The translations under genes were made by a program, and so were the position numbers. The notes beneath the pieces are model-generated. The model had not been told where the DNA came from, did no database searches, and was given only the letters and a program-made list of their open reading frames with translations. DNA of 64,000 nucleotides from Malacoraja senta (taxonomy: Eukaryota). Numbering within the stretch: the stretch's first letter is position 1; each line of letters opens with the position of its first letter. Of the stretch, positions 39,116-50,938 are shown piece after piece. The stretch spans positions 22,012,001-22,076,000 of the forward strand of contig CM075988.1 in assembly GCA_038087875.1 (NCBI GenBank). Direction: 5' to 3'.

Positions 39116-39942
39116 TTTGTTTTTTTTGTTTTTTTTAATTCAAAAAATTTATTCAATTATTTTAAAAAAAAATATTACACCACAAAAAAAAAAAAACAGA
39201 CCCTCCACCATAATAGAATACAAACAAATATCCCTTAATAAACTACTGTACAACTATCTTACACTCCTTGTCAAGGATGCATTCAACACCCTGCGGTCCC
39301 CGGAACTCCCCAGGGCGCCCGTGGACAGGGCGTATTCCCTTTCTAAACCGACCCGGGCACGGACGTAGCCCCGGAAAAGGGGCAGGCAGCCGGCTCGGGT
39401 AGAGCCCTCCACCGCCTGGCGCCGTGACTCGCGGATGGGCAGCTTGGCCAGGCCCAGGAGCAACCAAACCAGGACATCTTCAGCCCTACCCTCTCCCCTA
39501 CGCACAGGGTGTCCAAAGATGAGGGTGGTGGGTGTGAAATGCAGCCAGAAGGCAAGGAGCAGCCCCTTTAGGTGTTCAAACAGTGGCTGCAGCCTCACGC
39601 ACTCCATATACACCTGGTACACAGAGTCTTCCAGCCCGCAAAAGTGGCAGGGGGTTGGCGAGTCTGTGAACCGCGAGAGAAACAGGTTGCAGGGAACACC
39701 TCGGTACAATACCCTCCACCCCAGGTCCCCAATGTAGAGGGGGAGAATCCCTACGTAGAGGGACCGCCACCGGGGGTCCCCCTCGTGACCGGAAGGCAAA
39801 ACCGACCGCCACTTGGTGTCCGGACGGTGGACCAGGGCGAGGAAGTGCAGGATGTGCAGGAGGAGCCAGTACAGGACACGCCTCCCTGCGTCTCGGAGGG
39901 AGATGAAAGGTGTCGAGGAAAAGCGGCTCAAATTGTGTGGGC
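39116..39942 (-). mobile_element. Tx1/L1-clade LINE 3' end inserted in a SINE
   Basis: ORF2 C-terminus (GDLGWRVLY..CHFCGLEDSVYQVYMEC), A-rich tail, 14-bp TSD gctgctatctgttt. Confidence 0.88.
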
Positions 39943-40511
39943 GCTGCTATCTGTTTGGAGTTTGCACGTTCTCACGTGGAGATCCTCCCGGGTGCTCCGG
40001 TTTCATAAGTTCACAAGTTGTAGGAGCAGAATTAAACCATTCAGCCCATCGAGTCTACCCCGTCATTCAATCATGGCTGACCTATCTCTCTCTCTGAAGC
40101 CCATTCTCCTGCCTTCTCCCCATAACCCCTGACACCCGTACTCATCAAGAATCCTCCCAAAGACATTCGGGCTTGTAGTTTAATCGAGCTCTGTAAATTG
40201 ACGTTAGTGTGTAGTGAGTGGTTGAGAAAGTGGGGTAACACAGAACTTGTGTGAATGGGTGACCGATGGTGAGCACAGACTTGGTGGGCCGAAGGGCCTG
40301 TTTCCGTGCTGTATATTTAGAAATGTGGTGGACTGTTTCAACTCATCCTGCACTGTGTTTTATCTCCACTTCAGAACTTCCTCAGCAAAAAATACCCTTG
40401 ACAGAGTACACTTCTCAAATCTTTCATTGCGTTAAAATATATGTAGCCTAATTTATTGATTAATACCTAACTTTATCTCAGATGTTCAGCATCTGCTGTG
40501 TTTACCTGATA

Positions 40512-40627
40512 GATGGGTGGGTGGGATTGGTGGGTGGGTGAGTGGGCGGGCGGGCGGGCGGGCAGGTAGGCAGGTAGGCAGGTAGGTAGGTAGGTAGGTA
40601 GGTAGGTGGGTAGGTAGGTAGGTAGGT
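40512..40627. repeat. Compound microsatellite (GGGT)n(GGGC)n(AGGC/AGGT)n
   Basis: Seen directly. Confidence 0.9.
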
Positions 40628-41299
40628 GAGACAGCCAACCGAGTCCACACTGACCATCGATCGCCCGTTCACACGAGTTATATGTTATCCAACTTTCTCA
40701 TCTACACCCTACACACTAGGGTTAATTTTACAGCAGCCGATTGACCTACAAACCCGGACGTCTTTGGGATGTTGGAGGAAACTGGACATCCGGAGGAAAG
40801 TCACACGGGAGGACATGCAAACTCCACGCTGGCAGCACCGGAGGTCAGGATCGAACCTGGGGTCTCTGGCGCTGTGAAGCAGCCGCACTACCAGCTGCGC
40901 TACCGTGCCACCCCCACTCTCCCTCTTCATCAGTGTTCCGTCAAGACCGAGGACTTTATCAGTCATCACCTTCATTTCAAATGTGGACTCTCATTTTATG
41001 TTGCATTTCTTCTATTTCACTGCCTTGAATTCCAGAACTCTTTCCAAATACCACTAGCCGTGGACAGCGTAACATTCCATCACACTGCAGGTACGGTATC
41101 TAAAGGCTGAATCCACACAGTTTCCCACCTGACATTCCACCGGGGATTACAGACAACTCGAAATCGGACGCGTCTATGAATTCTATGAATTCTTTTCCGA
41201 TGAGTAGTTTGGGCCTCAGTGATGCATTTCTGCAAATGTGATTGTGTAACAGCATTTCTGTTCAACACAGCTGATCAGGCATCCGGGCTCAATCTCGTT

Positions 41300-41516
41300 A
41301 GGTAGACACAAAAAGCTGGGGTAACTCAACGGTTCAGACAGCATCTCTGGAGAAAAGGAAAAGGTGACATTTCAGGTCGAGACCCTTCTTCAGACGTCTC
41401 GATCCGAAACGTCACCTATTCCTTTTCTTCAGAGATGCTGTCTGACTCTCTGAGTTACGGCAGCTTTTTGTGTCTATCTACGGTTTAAACCAGCATCTGC
41501 AGATCCTTCCTACACA
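41300..41516. mobile_element. Fold-back Penelope-derived element
   Basis: Same inverted terminal-repeat structure, flanked by tcaatctcg repeats. Confidence 0.75.
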
Positions 41517-42173
41517 TCAATCTCGGTAAGTTTAGGTTTAGGTTTATTAGTGTCACAGCGTAAAGCTTTATGTTGCATGCTACTCAAATGAACATTGACA
41601 CAAACAGTTCAAACTCAAGTACAATAGGTAGAGCAAAGGGGAAGATACAGAGTGCAGAATATAGTTCTCGACATTGTAGTGCATTAGTTCCTTAGACAAA
41701 GTCCAATGTCTCTCAATGGAATCAAACAGTACCCTAACTTATGGAAAGATCATTTCAGATGCCTGATAACAGAGGGGATGAAACTGTTCTCCAGTCTGGT
41801 GGTACATGCTTTCAAGCTCCTGTACCTTCTTCCAGATGGGAACAAGAAGAAATGATGGGGATTATGTTGGCTGCTTTTCCGAGATAGTGTGATAGCACCG
41901 GATGGCTGGAGGCATCTTTCAGAAAACTAAAGTGACATCTTTCAATGACTGCCGCCCTGTAGCCCTCAACATCCACCAGAATAAAGTGCTATTTGCATCA
42001 AACGCTCGGACAATCGAGACGCTTTGCAATTTGCTTACAGAAAAAAAAGGTTGTGCTCAAAGGCCCAGCAGCTGCAGTTCATCGTGTCTCTTGCTTATTT
42101 CTCTTGTTTCCAGTTCTAGTGAACGATCATTGACTGGAATCAACGCTGTCCATCTTTCCGCAGACGCTGCCCG

Positions 42174-42798
42174 AAGATTCAAGATTCAAGAGAGTTTATT
42201 GTCATGTGTCCCAGATAGGACAATGAAATTCTTGCTTTGCTTCAGCACAACAGAATATAGAAGGCATGAATACAGAACAGATCAGTGTGTCCATATACCA
42301 TTATATAAATATATACACACATGAATAAATAAAACAGATAAAGTGCAAATAAACAGATAATGGGCTATTAATGTTCAGAGTTTTGATTGAGTTGAGTTTA
42401 ATAGCCTGATGGCTGTGGGGAAGTAGCTGTTTCTGAATCTGGTCGTTGCAGTCTTCAGGCTCCTGTACCTTCTACCTGAAGGTAGTGGGGAGATGAGTGT
42501 GTGGCCAGGATGATGTGGGTCCTTGATGATGCTGCCAGCCTTTTTGAGGCAGCGACTGTGATAGATCCCATCGATGGTAGGGAGGTCAGAGCCGATGATG
42601 GACTGGGCAGTGTTTACCAAAGATACTAGAGTATCCTCTAGTATCTTTGGTGTTTACTACTTTTTGTAGTCTTTTCCGCTCCTGGGCGCTCAAGTTGCCG
42701 AACCAAGCCACGAAGCAACCGGTCAGCATGGTCTCTACTGTGCACCTGTAGAAGTTAGAGAGAGTCCTCCTTGGCAAACCGACTCTCCGTAATCTTTT
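42174..42798 (-). mobile_element. Rex1/Babar-type LINE 3' end
   Basis: FYRCTVE..LPSGRRYRSLKTATTRFRNSYFP; (TCTTGAA)n tail. Confidence 0.9.
42618..42649. mobile_element. 32-bp hAT-like micro-element
   Basis: CAAAGATACTAGAG-TATC-CTCTAGTATCTTTG with perfect 8-bp TSD gtgtttac, inside a Rex1 ORF remnant. Confidence 0.8.
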
Positions 42799-44213
42799 GC
42801 AGGGTAGACACAAAATGCTGGAGAAACTCAGCGGGTGAGGCAGCATCTACGGAGAGAAGGAATTCAGCCACTGTCCAGCATTCTGTCTCACACAGTATTG
42901 TGCAGTGTTTGCAGGTGTGATTCTGTCTCACACACAGTGTTTGCAGGGTTTTGTTTCCTTGTTATGTGAGTTGAGAAAATGGTTCAGTGTCGTCACTTTG
43001 TGGTTCGTTGCTGCCACCCGCTGGCTGAGAGTCATATCACAGCCAACATTGTGAAGACCGAAAAAAACGCCACAAAGCGTTGGGGGAATTCAGGCAGCAT
43101 CTCTGAAGAACATGGGATAAGAACGTGGGCTGGGGAACGGTGCCCAGTACTCCAAATGTGGTCTTACCGCTGTCATCTACAGTTGCAACATCCAAACTTT
43201 GGTACGCAGTACACGAGCTGTTGATGGCGTGTCAAATGCCTTATTTCGTCAGCAACTTACCTACTTGTGTTTAAGAAACACAAGTTTCTTTCCTCCTTTC
43301 CTTCTTTCCTTCGCTCCATAGATGCTGCTGCACCCACTGAGTTTCTCCAGTACTTTTGTCTACCTTGTGTTTAAGAAAGAACTGCAGATGCTGGAAAAAA
43401 ATCGAAGGCAGACAAAAATGCTGGAGAAACTCAGCGGGTGAGGCAGCATATATGGAGCGAAGGAATAGGTGACATTTTGGGTCTCGACCCGAAGCCCCAT
43501 AGATGCTGCCTCACCCGCTGAGTTTCTCCAGCATTTTTGTCTACCTACTTGTGTCGTCACTTTCATGGAACAATGCACCTGCACCCCTTTTATCGTAGAC
43601 CACACCACCCTCATCGATCCTCATCGAGACTCAATCCAATTTCCCATGCACAAAGCCATGGTGACTATCCCCAATTAGTCCTTGCCTTTCCACATGTAGA
43701 TCCTGTCTCTCAGAGTCCCCTCTGATTGTCCATAAGGGACAATTTTATTGTCTCTTATGTTCAATAAAATATAAAGGACCGGGGGCAGTTATGTTCCAGT
43801 TAACCCATGACAATGACTGTGGGGGAATTAACAGCAAGGCCAGGCCCAATCTCAGCTGGAGGTTGAACAAACCCCAGGTACACAGACTGCTGGCTCTATG
43901 TACATCTACTCTGCATCAAATCCTCCGCTCTCTGTAATATATACAGGTGAGCCAGCTCCCACTATCCACCCACCACTATTATGCTCACTGGTCTGTAGTT
44001 CACAGGCTTTTCCTTGCTGCCTTTCTTACATAAAGGCCCAACATTTGGGTTGGCACGGTGGCACAATGTGGTATTGTTGCCTTTACAGCCAGGAACCCGG
44101 GTTCGATCCTGACTACGGATGCTGTCTGTACGGAGTTTGTACGTTCTCCCCGTGACCTGCGTAGGTTTTCTCTGGGTGCTCCGGTTTCCTCCCACACTCC
44201 AAATACGTGCAGG

Positions 44214-44926
44214 CAGTGCCGGATTTAGATGAAGAGAGGCCCTGGGCTATTCCACTTGTGAGGCCCCTCCCAATACCCAACCCCCCAAAACTAGAGGAAG
44301 ATGGAAGAGTGTTTTAAATAATTTGAGTAAAGCCAAGGATGATGACAGGTGTTTAAAATTCCGCAATTCGCAATTCCTTCTCTAAAGGACATAAAAAGTT
44401 ATTGTAAAATACCGTAGTGATTGAGTAGGTTTCTAGCAACGATTATCAACTCTACCCCGAGCATTGCTCCTTGCCAACTTCCTAGTTCAAATATCTTTGC
44501 ACTTTCCTACTTACCCTTGAGTTTTGACTTTTGAAGCCTGCAAGTATCCAAAGATGTTCGCTGCACCCGCCATCGCTGCTTACTGGAGCACGTGTGAAAG
44601 TTTGCCGGACCCCGGTGCCTCCAGATTAACACCGATGTACAGTCGAGTGTGGCCAATGAGTTAAGGGGCTGGAAAGCTGCGCTTTTTAAAAACATTTATT
44701 TATTGCCAGTGCTAGTGTCGAGTTATCGGCTTAAAGCAGTATTATTCTGAAATGGAGGGCAAGGAAAATTACTGAAGGGTTGTTTAGAGACAACAGTGCG
44801 TTGTGACAGCATATGTAAGAAAGGCCTATGACAGTGCCAAAAATATTATACACCTTGGCCGGAGGCCCCCTAGATTTTGAGGCCCTAGGCTTCTGCCTGC
44901 CAAGCCTAGAGGTAAATCAGTCACTA
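44214..44926. mobile_element. Non-autonomous hAT DNA transposon inserted in a SINE
   Basis: TIR CAGTGCCGGATTTA / TAAATCAGTCACTA, 8-bp TSD cgtgcagg/catgcagg, subterminal GAGGCCC motifs. Confidence 0.75.
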
Positions 44927-45435
44927 CATGCAGGTATGTAGGTTAATAGGCTTTGGTAAAATGTATATTGCCCCGAGTGTAGATAGTGTTAGTGTGCGGG
45001 GATCGCTGGTCGGCCTGGATTCGACTCCCTCACCTCACACATAATGATCAATGATACAATTATCTCCATCAGGCCCTTACAATTTCTTCATTCAGTTGTA
45101 ACCTGTGAGACTTTGCAAGCTTAAGGTGCAGAAAATGCCTCAGCAGAGAATCTAAACCTACCCCTTAGATCTCTTCCAAAATTCACCCCCTTCCTACCCT
45201 ACAACCTTGCCCTCTAGTTCTACATTCCACTGCCTTGGTAAGAAAGACTATCTCATCTACGCTCTGGGTTATTTTACAAACCTCGCAGCCCTGTCAGAAT
45301 AATAAGAGCATCTTATAATCTTTAAAAAGCTGGCACAGTGGTGCAGCTGGAAGAGCTGCTGCTGCCGCGCAACGCCAGAGACCCAGGTTCGATCGAGGTT
45401 TGACCCCGAGTACTGTCTGTGTGGAGTTTGCTCGT

Positions 45436-45858
45436 TAGAAACATAGAAAATAGGTGCAGGAGGAGGCCATTCGGCCCTTCGAGCCAGCACCGCCATTCAT
45501 TGCGATCATGGCTGATCGTCCCCAATCAATAACCCGTGCCTGCCTTCTCCCCATATCCCTTGATTCCACTAGCCCCTGGAGCTCTATCTAACTCTCTCTT
45601 AAATCCATCCAGTGACTTGGCCTCCACTGCCCTCCATGGCAGGGAATTCCACAAATTCACAACTCTCTGGGTGAAAAAGTTTTTTCTCACCTCAGTCTTA
45701 AATGGCCTCCCCTTTATTCTAAGACTGTGTTCCCTGGTTCTGGGTCCCTGTAACATTGGGAAAAAATTTCCTGCATCTAGCTTGTCCAGTCCTTTTATAA
45801 TTTTATATGTTTCTATAAGATCCCCCCTCATCCTTCTAAACTCCAGTGAATACAAGCC
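45436..45858 (-). mobile_element. CR1 LINE 3' fragment inserted in a SINE
   Basis: RVVNLWNSLP motif and CR1 tail. Confidence 0.9.
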
Positions 45859-46584
45859 TCTCGTTCCCTCTGTGACCACGTGGGTTTTATCCAGGTGCTC
45901 CGGTTTCCTCTCACATCTCAAAAACTTGGAGGTTTGTAGGTTAATTGGCCTCTGCAAAAATACCCTTGGTGTGTAGAGAATGGACTAGAAAAGTGGGATA
46001 ACATAGAACTAGTGTGAATGAGCGATCGATTGTTGGCGTGGACTCGTTAGGCCGAAGAGGCCTTTTTCCACGCTGTATCTTTCGATCAATCAATTAATTT
46101 TAACTGTTTAGAAAAAGACATGTGTGACATGATGCCCATGTACTGAAACTCTTCCTCTCAGACTTATTGTAACAATTATATTCTTGCTTCATTTTCGACA
46201 TACACAGTTTAACCTTCTTTTCTTGGGCAATGTACAAACGCTGGACACATTGTTGAACAACCGCTTCTCGTGACGGTCATAGCGCAGGTAAATCATCGCA
46301 CGTCCCTGCATCTGCCTTCTGCTGAGTGATCCCAAACCTCACCTTTTAAGATGAGATTTAATAGGAACCCGAGGGGTAACTTTTTCACCAAGGGCGGTGG
46401 GTGTATGGAATGAGCTGCCGGAGGAGGTAGTTGAGGCTGGTACTATCGTGGCGTTTAAGAAACATTTAGTCAGGTGCATGAACAGGATAGGTTTGGAGGG
46501 ATATGGACCAAGGACAGGCAGATGGGACTAGTGTAGATGGGACAAGTTGACGGAAGGGCCTGTTTCCACTCTGTATCACACTAT

Positions 46585-46714
46585 CTTCTTCTTCTTGAGT
46601 ATGGCGTGCACAGCCTAAAGTTGTAGGACAACTTGTTCCATTTGATCTTATTTGACTGTGCACACCGGGTTGATTGCAATCGTCAAAACAGTGAAGGTTG
46701 CAATCTCCCACCCC
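46585..46714 (-). mobile_element. Same ribozyme-headed retroposon with TSD; ribozyme internally deleted
   Basis: (AAG)n tail. 14-bp TSD ctgtatcacactat (46571-46584) / ccgtatcactctat (46715-46728). About 11 nt covering P3'/P1' are missing. Confidence 0.75.
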
Positions 46715-46788
46715 CCGTATCACTCTATGATTCATTAACAACATTAGGCAGCTAACCCACACAATTCCACAGGGCTTCCCCTGTATTG

Positions 46789-46794
46789 TTTATT
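46789..46794 (-). terminator. Candidate poly(A) signal of the Ly6 gene
   Basis: AATAAA on the minus strand ~470 nt after the stop, at the end of a repeat-free 3' UTR-like stretch. Confidence 0.55.
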
Positions 46795-47260
46795 ATTTCA
46801 TTCAGTCAGAAATTACAGATCCGTTCATTTACAGATCCTTACACTTACAAGCTTTCTTCATTTGTCCGGCAATGGCTGTTCCTGGATAAGACCATCTTGG
46901 TGGACAGTATCGCTATAACCTGTGACCTGGCCTCCTTAAGATTTCCCCTCATTCTGAAGATAACTCAATCAGATCACGTGTATGTTCATTCAAAGTTGCA
47001 CTCAGCGCCACGATGCTCAGCTAGCCAAGTCTTTATGAGTTTGACTGAAGATGCAGTGACACTCTGACGGTTGATTTTCACACGGATAACCCGGTAGACA
47101 ATGACAGAAGTTTTCACCTTAATTGAACCGCAGCAAGGGAGAAAAAAAACGACGACACTTGAAGGAAACGGCGCATTCTGAGCAGGAGAAATGACCATAT
47201 TTTCCCATTGGAAGCTTCTCCTGCAAACGGAGCAAGTGCAGCTGGGCACAAGCGGTCGGG

Positions 47261-47481
47261 TTAGGTTGAGCTGGTCAGTTCCAGCAGGGTCCAGGGGAGG
47301 GCGGTGGAGGCTGCCAGCAATGGCCAGCGGAGGCCGGGGCAGAAGGCAGCATTGTCGACATTGCACAGGTCCGTGGAGCAGCAGAGAACCTTCCTCCCTC
47401 CGACCACCAAGTTACTGGCGTCAGCATTGCACTCCGTTTGAAAGGAACACTTCTTGCTTACTGTGACGTAACCAAGTCCTA
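47261..47481 (-). CDS. Ly6/uPAR gene exon 3 (LGLGYVTVSKKCSFQTECNADASNLVVGGRKVLCCSTDLCN plus putative GPI signal)
   Basis: Acceptor cttttacag, Cys6-10 with the canonical CCxxDxCN terminus, hydrophobic tail, TAA at 47263-47261. Total CDS 399 nt = 132 aa. Confidence 0.92.
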
Positions 47482-47811
47482 CTGTAAAAGCATAAAGATA
47501 CAATGTCAACACACTGACACACTGGAGTGATATAGAGAGTTAGAAAAAGATAAGAAAGCTGTGTTAATGGATAGGCGACGTTTCGGGTCGAGACCCTTCT
47601 TCAGACTAATGTAGGGGGGGGCGGGCGGGAAAAAAATGAATTTTACCAAAGCCATTTTTGTCTACCGATGTTTCCAGCATCTGCAGTTCTTTCTCAAACA
47701 TTTCATCTCCACTGCAAAATCTCCTCAAGGTGTGTCTCCTCCTCTCGCCGAAGACAGTTTAGCAGCCTCCTCTCTCACTGGCTTCCTTTATTTTTCCCGC
47801 CCCCCCACATC

Positions 47812-47845
47812 AGTCTGAAGAAGGGTCTCGACCCGAAACGTCACC
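47812..47845 (+). ncRNA. Minimal type I hammerhead motif in a Penelope terminal repeat (representative copy)
   Basis: CUGAAGA-A-GGGU(CUCG)ACCC-GAAAC-GUC: hammerhead core, stem II hairpin and palindromic ACGU in place of stem III. Confidence 0.7.
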
Positions 47846-48273
47846 TATTCCTTCGCTCCATAGATGCTGCCTCACCCGCTGAGTTTCTCCAGCATTTTTG
47901 TCTACCTTAGATTAGACACAAAGTGCTGGAGTAACTCAGCGGGACAGGCAGCATCTCTGGATAGAAGGAATGGTTCTTCCCTCTTGCGTTTTAAGAATAA
48001 GGGGGTAAGCCATTTAGAACAGAGAGGAGGAAACACTTTTTCACACGGAGAGTTGTGAGTCTGTGGAATTCTCTGCCTCAGAGGGCGATGGAGGCCGGTT
48101 CTCTGGATACTTTCAAGAGAGAGCTAGATAGGGCTCTTGAAGATAGCGGAGTCAAGGGATATGGGGAGAAGGCAGGAACGGGGTACTGATTGGGGATGAT
48201 CAGCCATGATCACATTGAATGGCGGTGCTGGCTCAAAGGGCCGAATGGCCTACTCCTGCAGCTATTGTCTATT

Positions 48274-48386
48274 GTATGGCGTGCACAGCCTAAAGTTGTA
48301 GGACAACTTGTTCTGTTTGTGCACGCCAGGTTGATTGCATTTGTCGAAACAGGTTGGACCACGTGAAGGTTGCAATCTCCCACCCC
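48274..48386 (-). mobile_element. Same ribozyme-headed retroposon, tail lost
   Basis: Matches 60646-60785 with a short internal deletion; abuts a CR1 tail. Confidence 0.75.
48334..48386 (-). ncRNA. Minimal HDV-like ribozyme motif (Ly6 intron 2, sense)
   Basis: GGGGUGG-GAG-AUUGCA-ACC-UUCACGU-GGU-CCAACCU-G-UUUCGA-CAAA-UGCAAU. P2 and P3 are perfect; P1 has one G-A mismatch. Confidence 0.75.
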
Positions 48387-49271
48387 AAGAAATGGCTGAC
48401 GTTTTGGGTCGAGACCCTTCTTCACAAGTGTCTGAAGAACTTCTGAAGAAGTGTCTTGACACGAAATGTCACCCATTCCTTCTATCCAGAGATGCAGTCT
48501 GTCCTGCTGAATTACTCCAGCATTTTGTGTCTATCTTCGATGTAAACCAGCATCTGCATTTCCTTCCTACTAATTTATATGAGTTTGCAACCTAACTACA
48601 TTTATGTTTCGTGCCTTATATTCTTTAACAGAGACAAATGTGAGCAGTGCAAGTCACTGGAGTCTTTGGGCAATATTTTCAAGGCGGAGATTGACAGATT
48701 TTTGATTGGTAAAGGTTATGGGGAGAAGGCAGGAGAATGGTGAGTGGTGAGTCTGTGGAATTCTCTCCCTCAGAGGGCGGTGGAGGCAGGTTCTCTGGAT
48801 GCTTTCAAGATAGGGCTCTTAAAAATAGCAGAGTCAGGGGATATGGGGAGAAGGCAGGAACGGGGTACTGATTGGGGATGATCAGCCATGATCACAGTGA
48901 ATGGCGGTGCTGGCTCGAAGGGCCGAATGGCCTACTCCTGCACCTATTGTTTATTGTCTATTGTCTATTAATGGGGTTGAGAGGGAAAGATAGATCAGCC
49001 ATGATTGAATGGCGGCATAGACTTGATGGGCCAAATGACCTAATTCTACTGCTAGATCCTATGAACTTATAATCAAGAATCTGTCAATCTCCACCTTAAC
49101 AATACCTGGTGACAGCCTTCAGTTGCAATGAATTCCACAGATTCACCACCCTCTGACTAAAGAAATTCCTCCTCATCTCCTTTCTAAAGGTATGTCCTTT
49201 TATTCGGAGCAAAACAATCTGTGAAGCAGCAAGTGAATGGTAAACTATTTCCCCAAGAGGCCAAGAGCCCA

Positions 49272-49660
49272 AACGTACAAAATTCTTATGGGGTTGGACA
49301 GGCTAGATGCAGGAAGATTGTTCCCGATGTTGGGGAAGTCCAGGACAAGGGGTCACAGCTTAAGGATAAGGGGGAAATCCTTTAAGACCGAGATGAGGAA
49401 AAACTTTTTCACACAGAGAGTGGTGAATCTCTGGAACTCTCTGCCACAGAGGGTAGTTGAGGCCAGTTCATTGGCTATATTTAAGAGGGAGTTAGATGTG
49501 GCCCTTGTGGCTAAAGGGATCAGGGGGTATGGAGAGAAGGCAGGTACGGGATACTGAGTTGGATGATCAGCCATGATCATATTGAATGGCGGTGCAGGCT
49601 CGAAGGGCCGAATGGCCTACTCCTGCACCTATTTTCTATGTATCTATGTATCTATGTATG
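49272..49660 (+). mobile_element. CR1 LINE 3' fragment (Ly6 intron 2)
   Basis: Near-identical to the 3' end of 10612-12096. Confidence 0.92.
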
Positions 49661-49683
49661 TTATCAAAAGTAAAGCAACTTAC

Positions 49684-49812
49684 ACTGACTGAAGCCGACT
49701 GTCTTCACCGCAGTGAGGCACATAGTTTTGTTTGTGGGACATTGCTGGCGATCAGTGGTGCAAACCATTGCCATTCTTGCATTGGTACAGTTGTAGCATT
49801 CCAACGCTTCAG
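49684..49812 (-). CDS. Ly6/uPAR gene exon 2 (AEALECYNCTNARMAMVCTTDRQQCPTNKTMCLTAVKTVGFSQ)
   Basis: Acceptor attgcag, LECYNC start of an LU domain with Cys1-5, 129 nt, phase 1-1, donor GTAAGT. Confidence 0.92.
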
Positions 49813-50397
49813 CTGCAATGTCAATAGAACATAGAACAGTACAGCACAGGAACAGGCCCTTCGGCCCACAATGTCCATGCCGCACATGACGCCAAGTTAC
49901 ACTAACCTCCTCTGCCTCATGAAGGGCATTTGGCATCAAAAGTGTCAAGTCAGCACAACAAGCAAGAGGACTGTACTTTACATGTATCTACACACCGTAA
50001 TGGCTCGATTGTAATCATGTATTGTCTATCCGCTGACTGGATAGCAGGCAACAAAAGCTTTTCACTGTACCTCGGTACATGTGACAATAAACTAAACTAA
50101 CTTCCTTGATCATGTTGCTAACAAAAGCATTACCCCATTAATTTAGAGAAAATATAACCAAGAAATAATTGAAAATGCAATACGTCATATATTATTATCT
50201 GTCAGATACCACTTTCCAGGATTCACACACTATCATTAAATTTTTGCATTGTTGATTAACCATGATTTTCATTTCAAATTCAATTTGGAGTTTTGCGTTA
50301 TTGCACTACAGTATTTTTGAAAAACATCTCCAAGTCATTTTGATCCCTTTGATTCCCACGTATGTTCTGTTTGTCAGCCTCATTATCCAGGTGCCTT

Positions 50398-50706
50398 TTA
50401 GTTTAGTTTAGAGATGCAGCTCAGAAACAGGCCCTTCGGCCCACCGAGTCCGCACCAACCAGCGATCCACGTACACTAACACTTTCCTACACACACTAGG
50501 GACAACTTACAATCCTACAAAAGCCAATTAGCCGACAAACCCGTAGGTCTTTGGAATCGGGGAGGAAACCGGAGCGCCCGGAGAAAACCCACGCGGTCAT
50601 GGGGAGAACATACAAACTCCGTACAGACAGCACCCGTAGTCTGGATCGAACCTGGGTCCATGGCGCGGTAATGCAGCAACTCTACTGCTGAGCTATCGTG
50701 CCGCCA
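50398..50706 (-). mobile_element. tRNA-derived V-SINE (HE1-like)
   Basis: Reverse-complement full-length copy. Confidence 0.85.
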
Positions 50707-50715
50707 TGCTGCAGA

Positions 50716-50760
50716 GGTTTCCAATTGGAGGCGTGGGTTCGAATCCCACTTCTGACACCA
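50716..50760 (+). pseudogene. 3' part of tRNA-Leu including CCA (extended PBS)
   Basis: GGTTTCCAATTGGAGGCGTGGGTTCGAATCCCACTTCTGACACCA: variable arm, T arm, acceptor 3' strand and CCA; no 5' half. Confidence 0.85.
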
Positions 50761-50938
50761 TGTTGTGTTTTGTCTGTATAATAACTGGAGCCTTACACCA
50801 TGATAAAGATCCAAAGACTTTATTAACTACATAGCAAGCACGACCACACTTGCACGTCTCTCTAATTCTAAGGGAACCAGGCAAGGAGTGATTACTGTAA
50901 AGCTAGTGGGCATAACTACAAAAGCATGACTCATAACA
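50761..50938 (-). mobile_element. Gypsy-type LTR (178 bp) in Ly6 intron 1
   Basis: TG...CA ends with inverted TGTTATG/CACAACA and an internal AATAAA. Directly followed by the tRNA-Leu PBS TGGTGTCAGAAGTGGGAT. Confidence 0.8.

Noticed and set aside
1..46500. AMOTL2 or other host coding exons expected from synteny
   Set aside because: I recognised no such peptide in the ORF track or by inspection. Short exons could have been missed.
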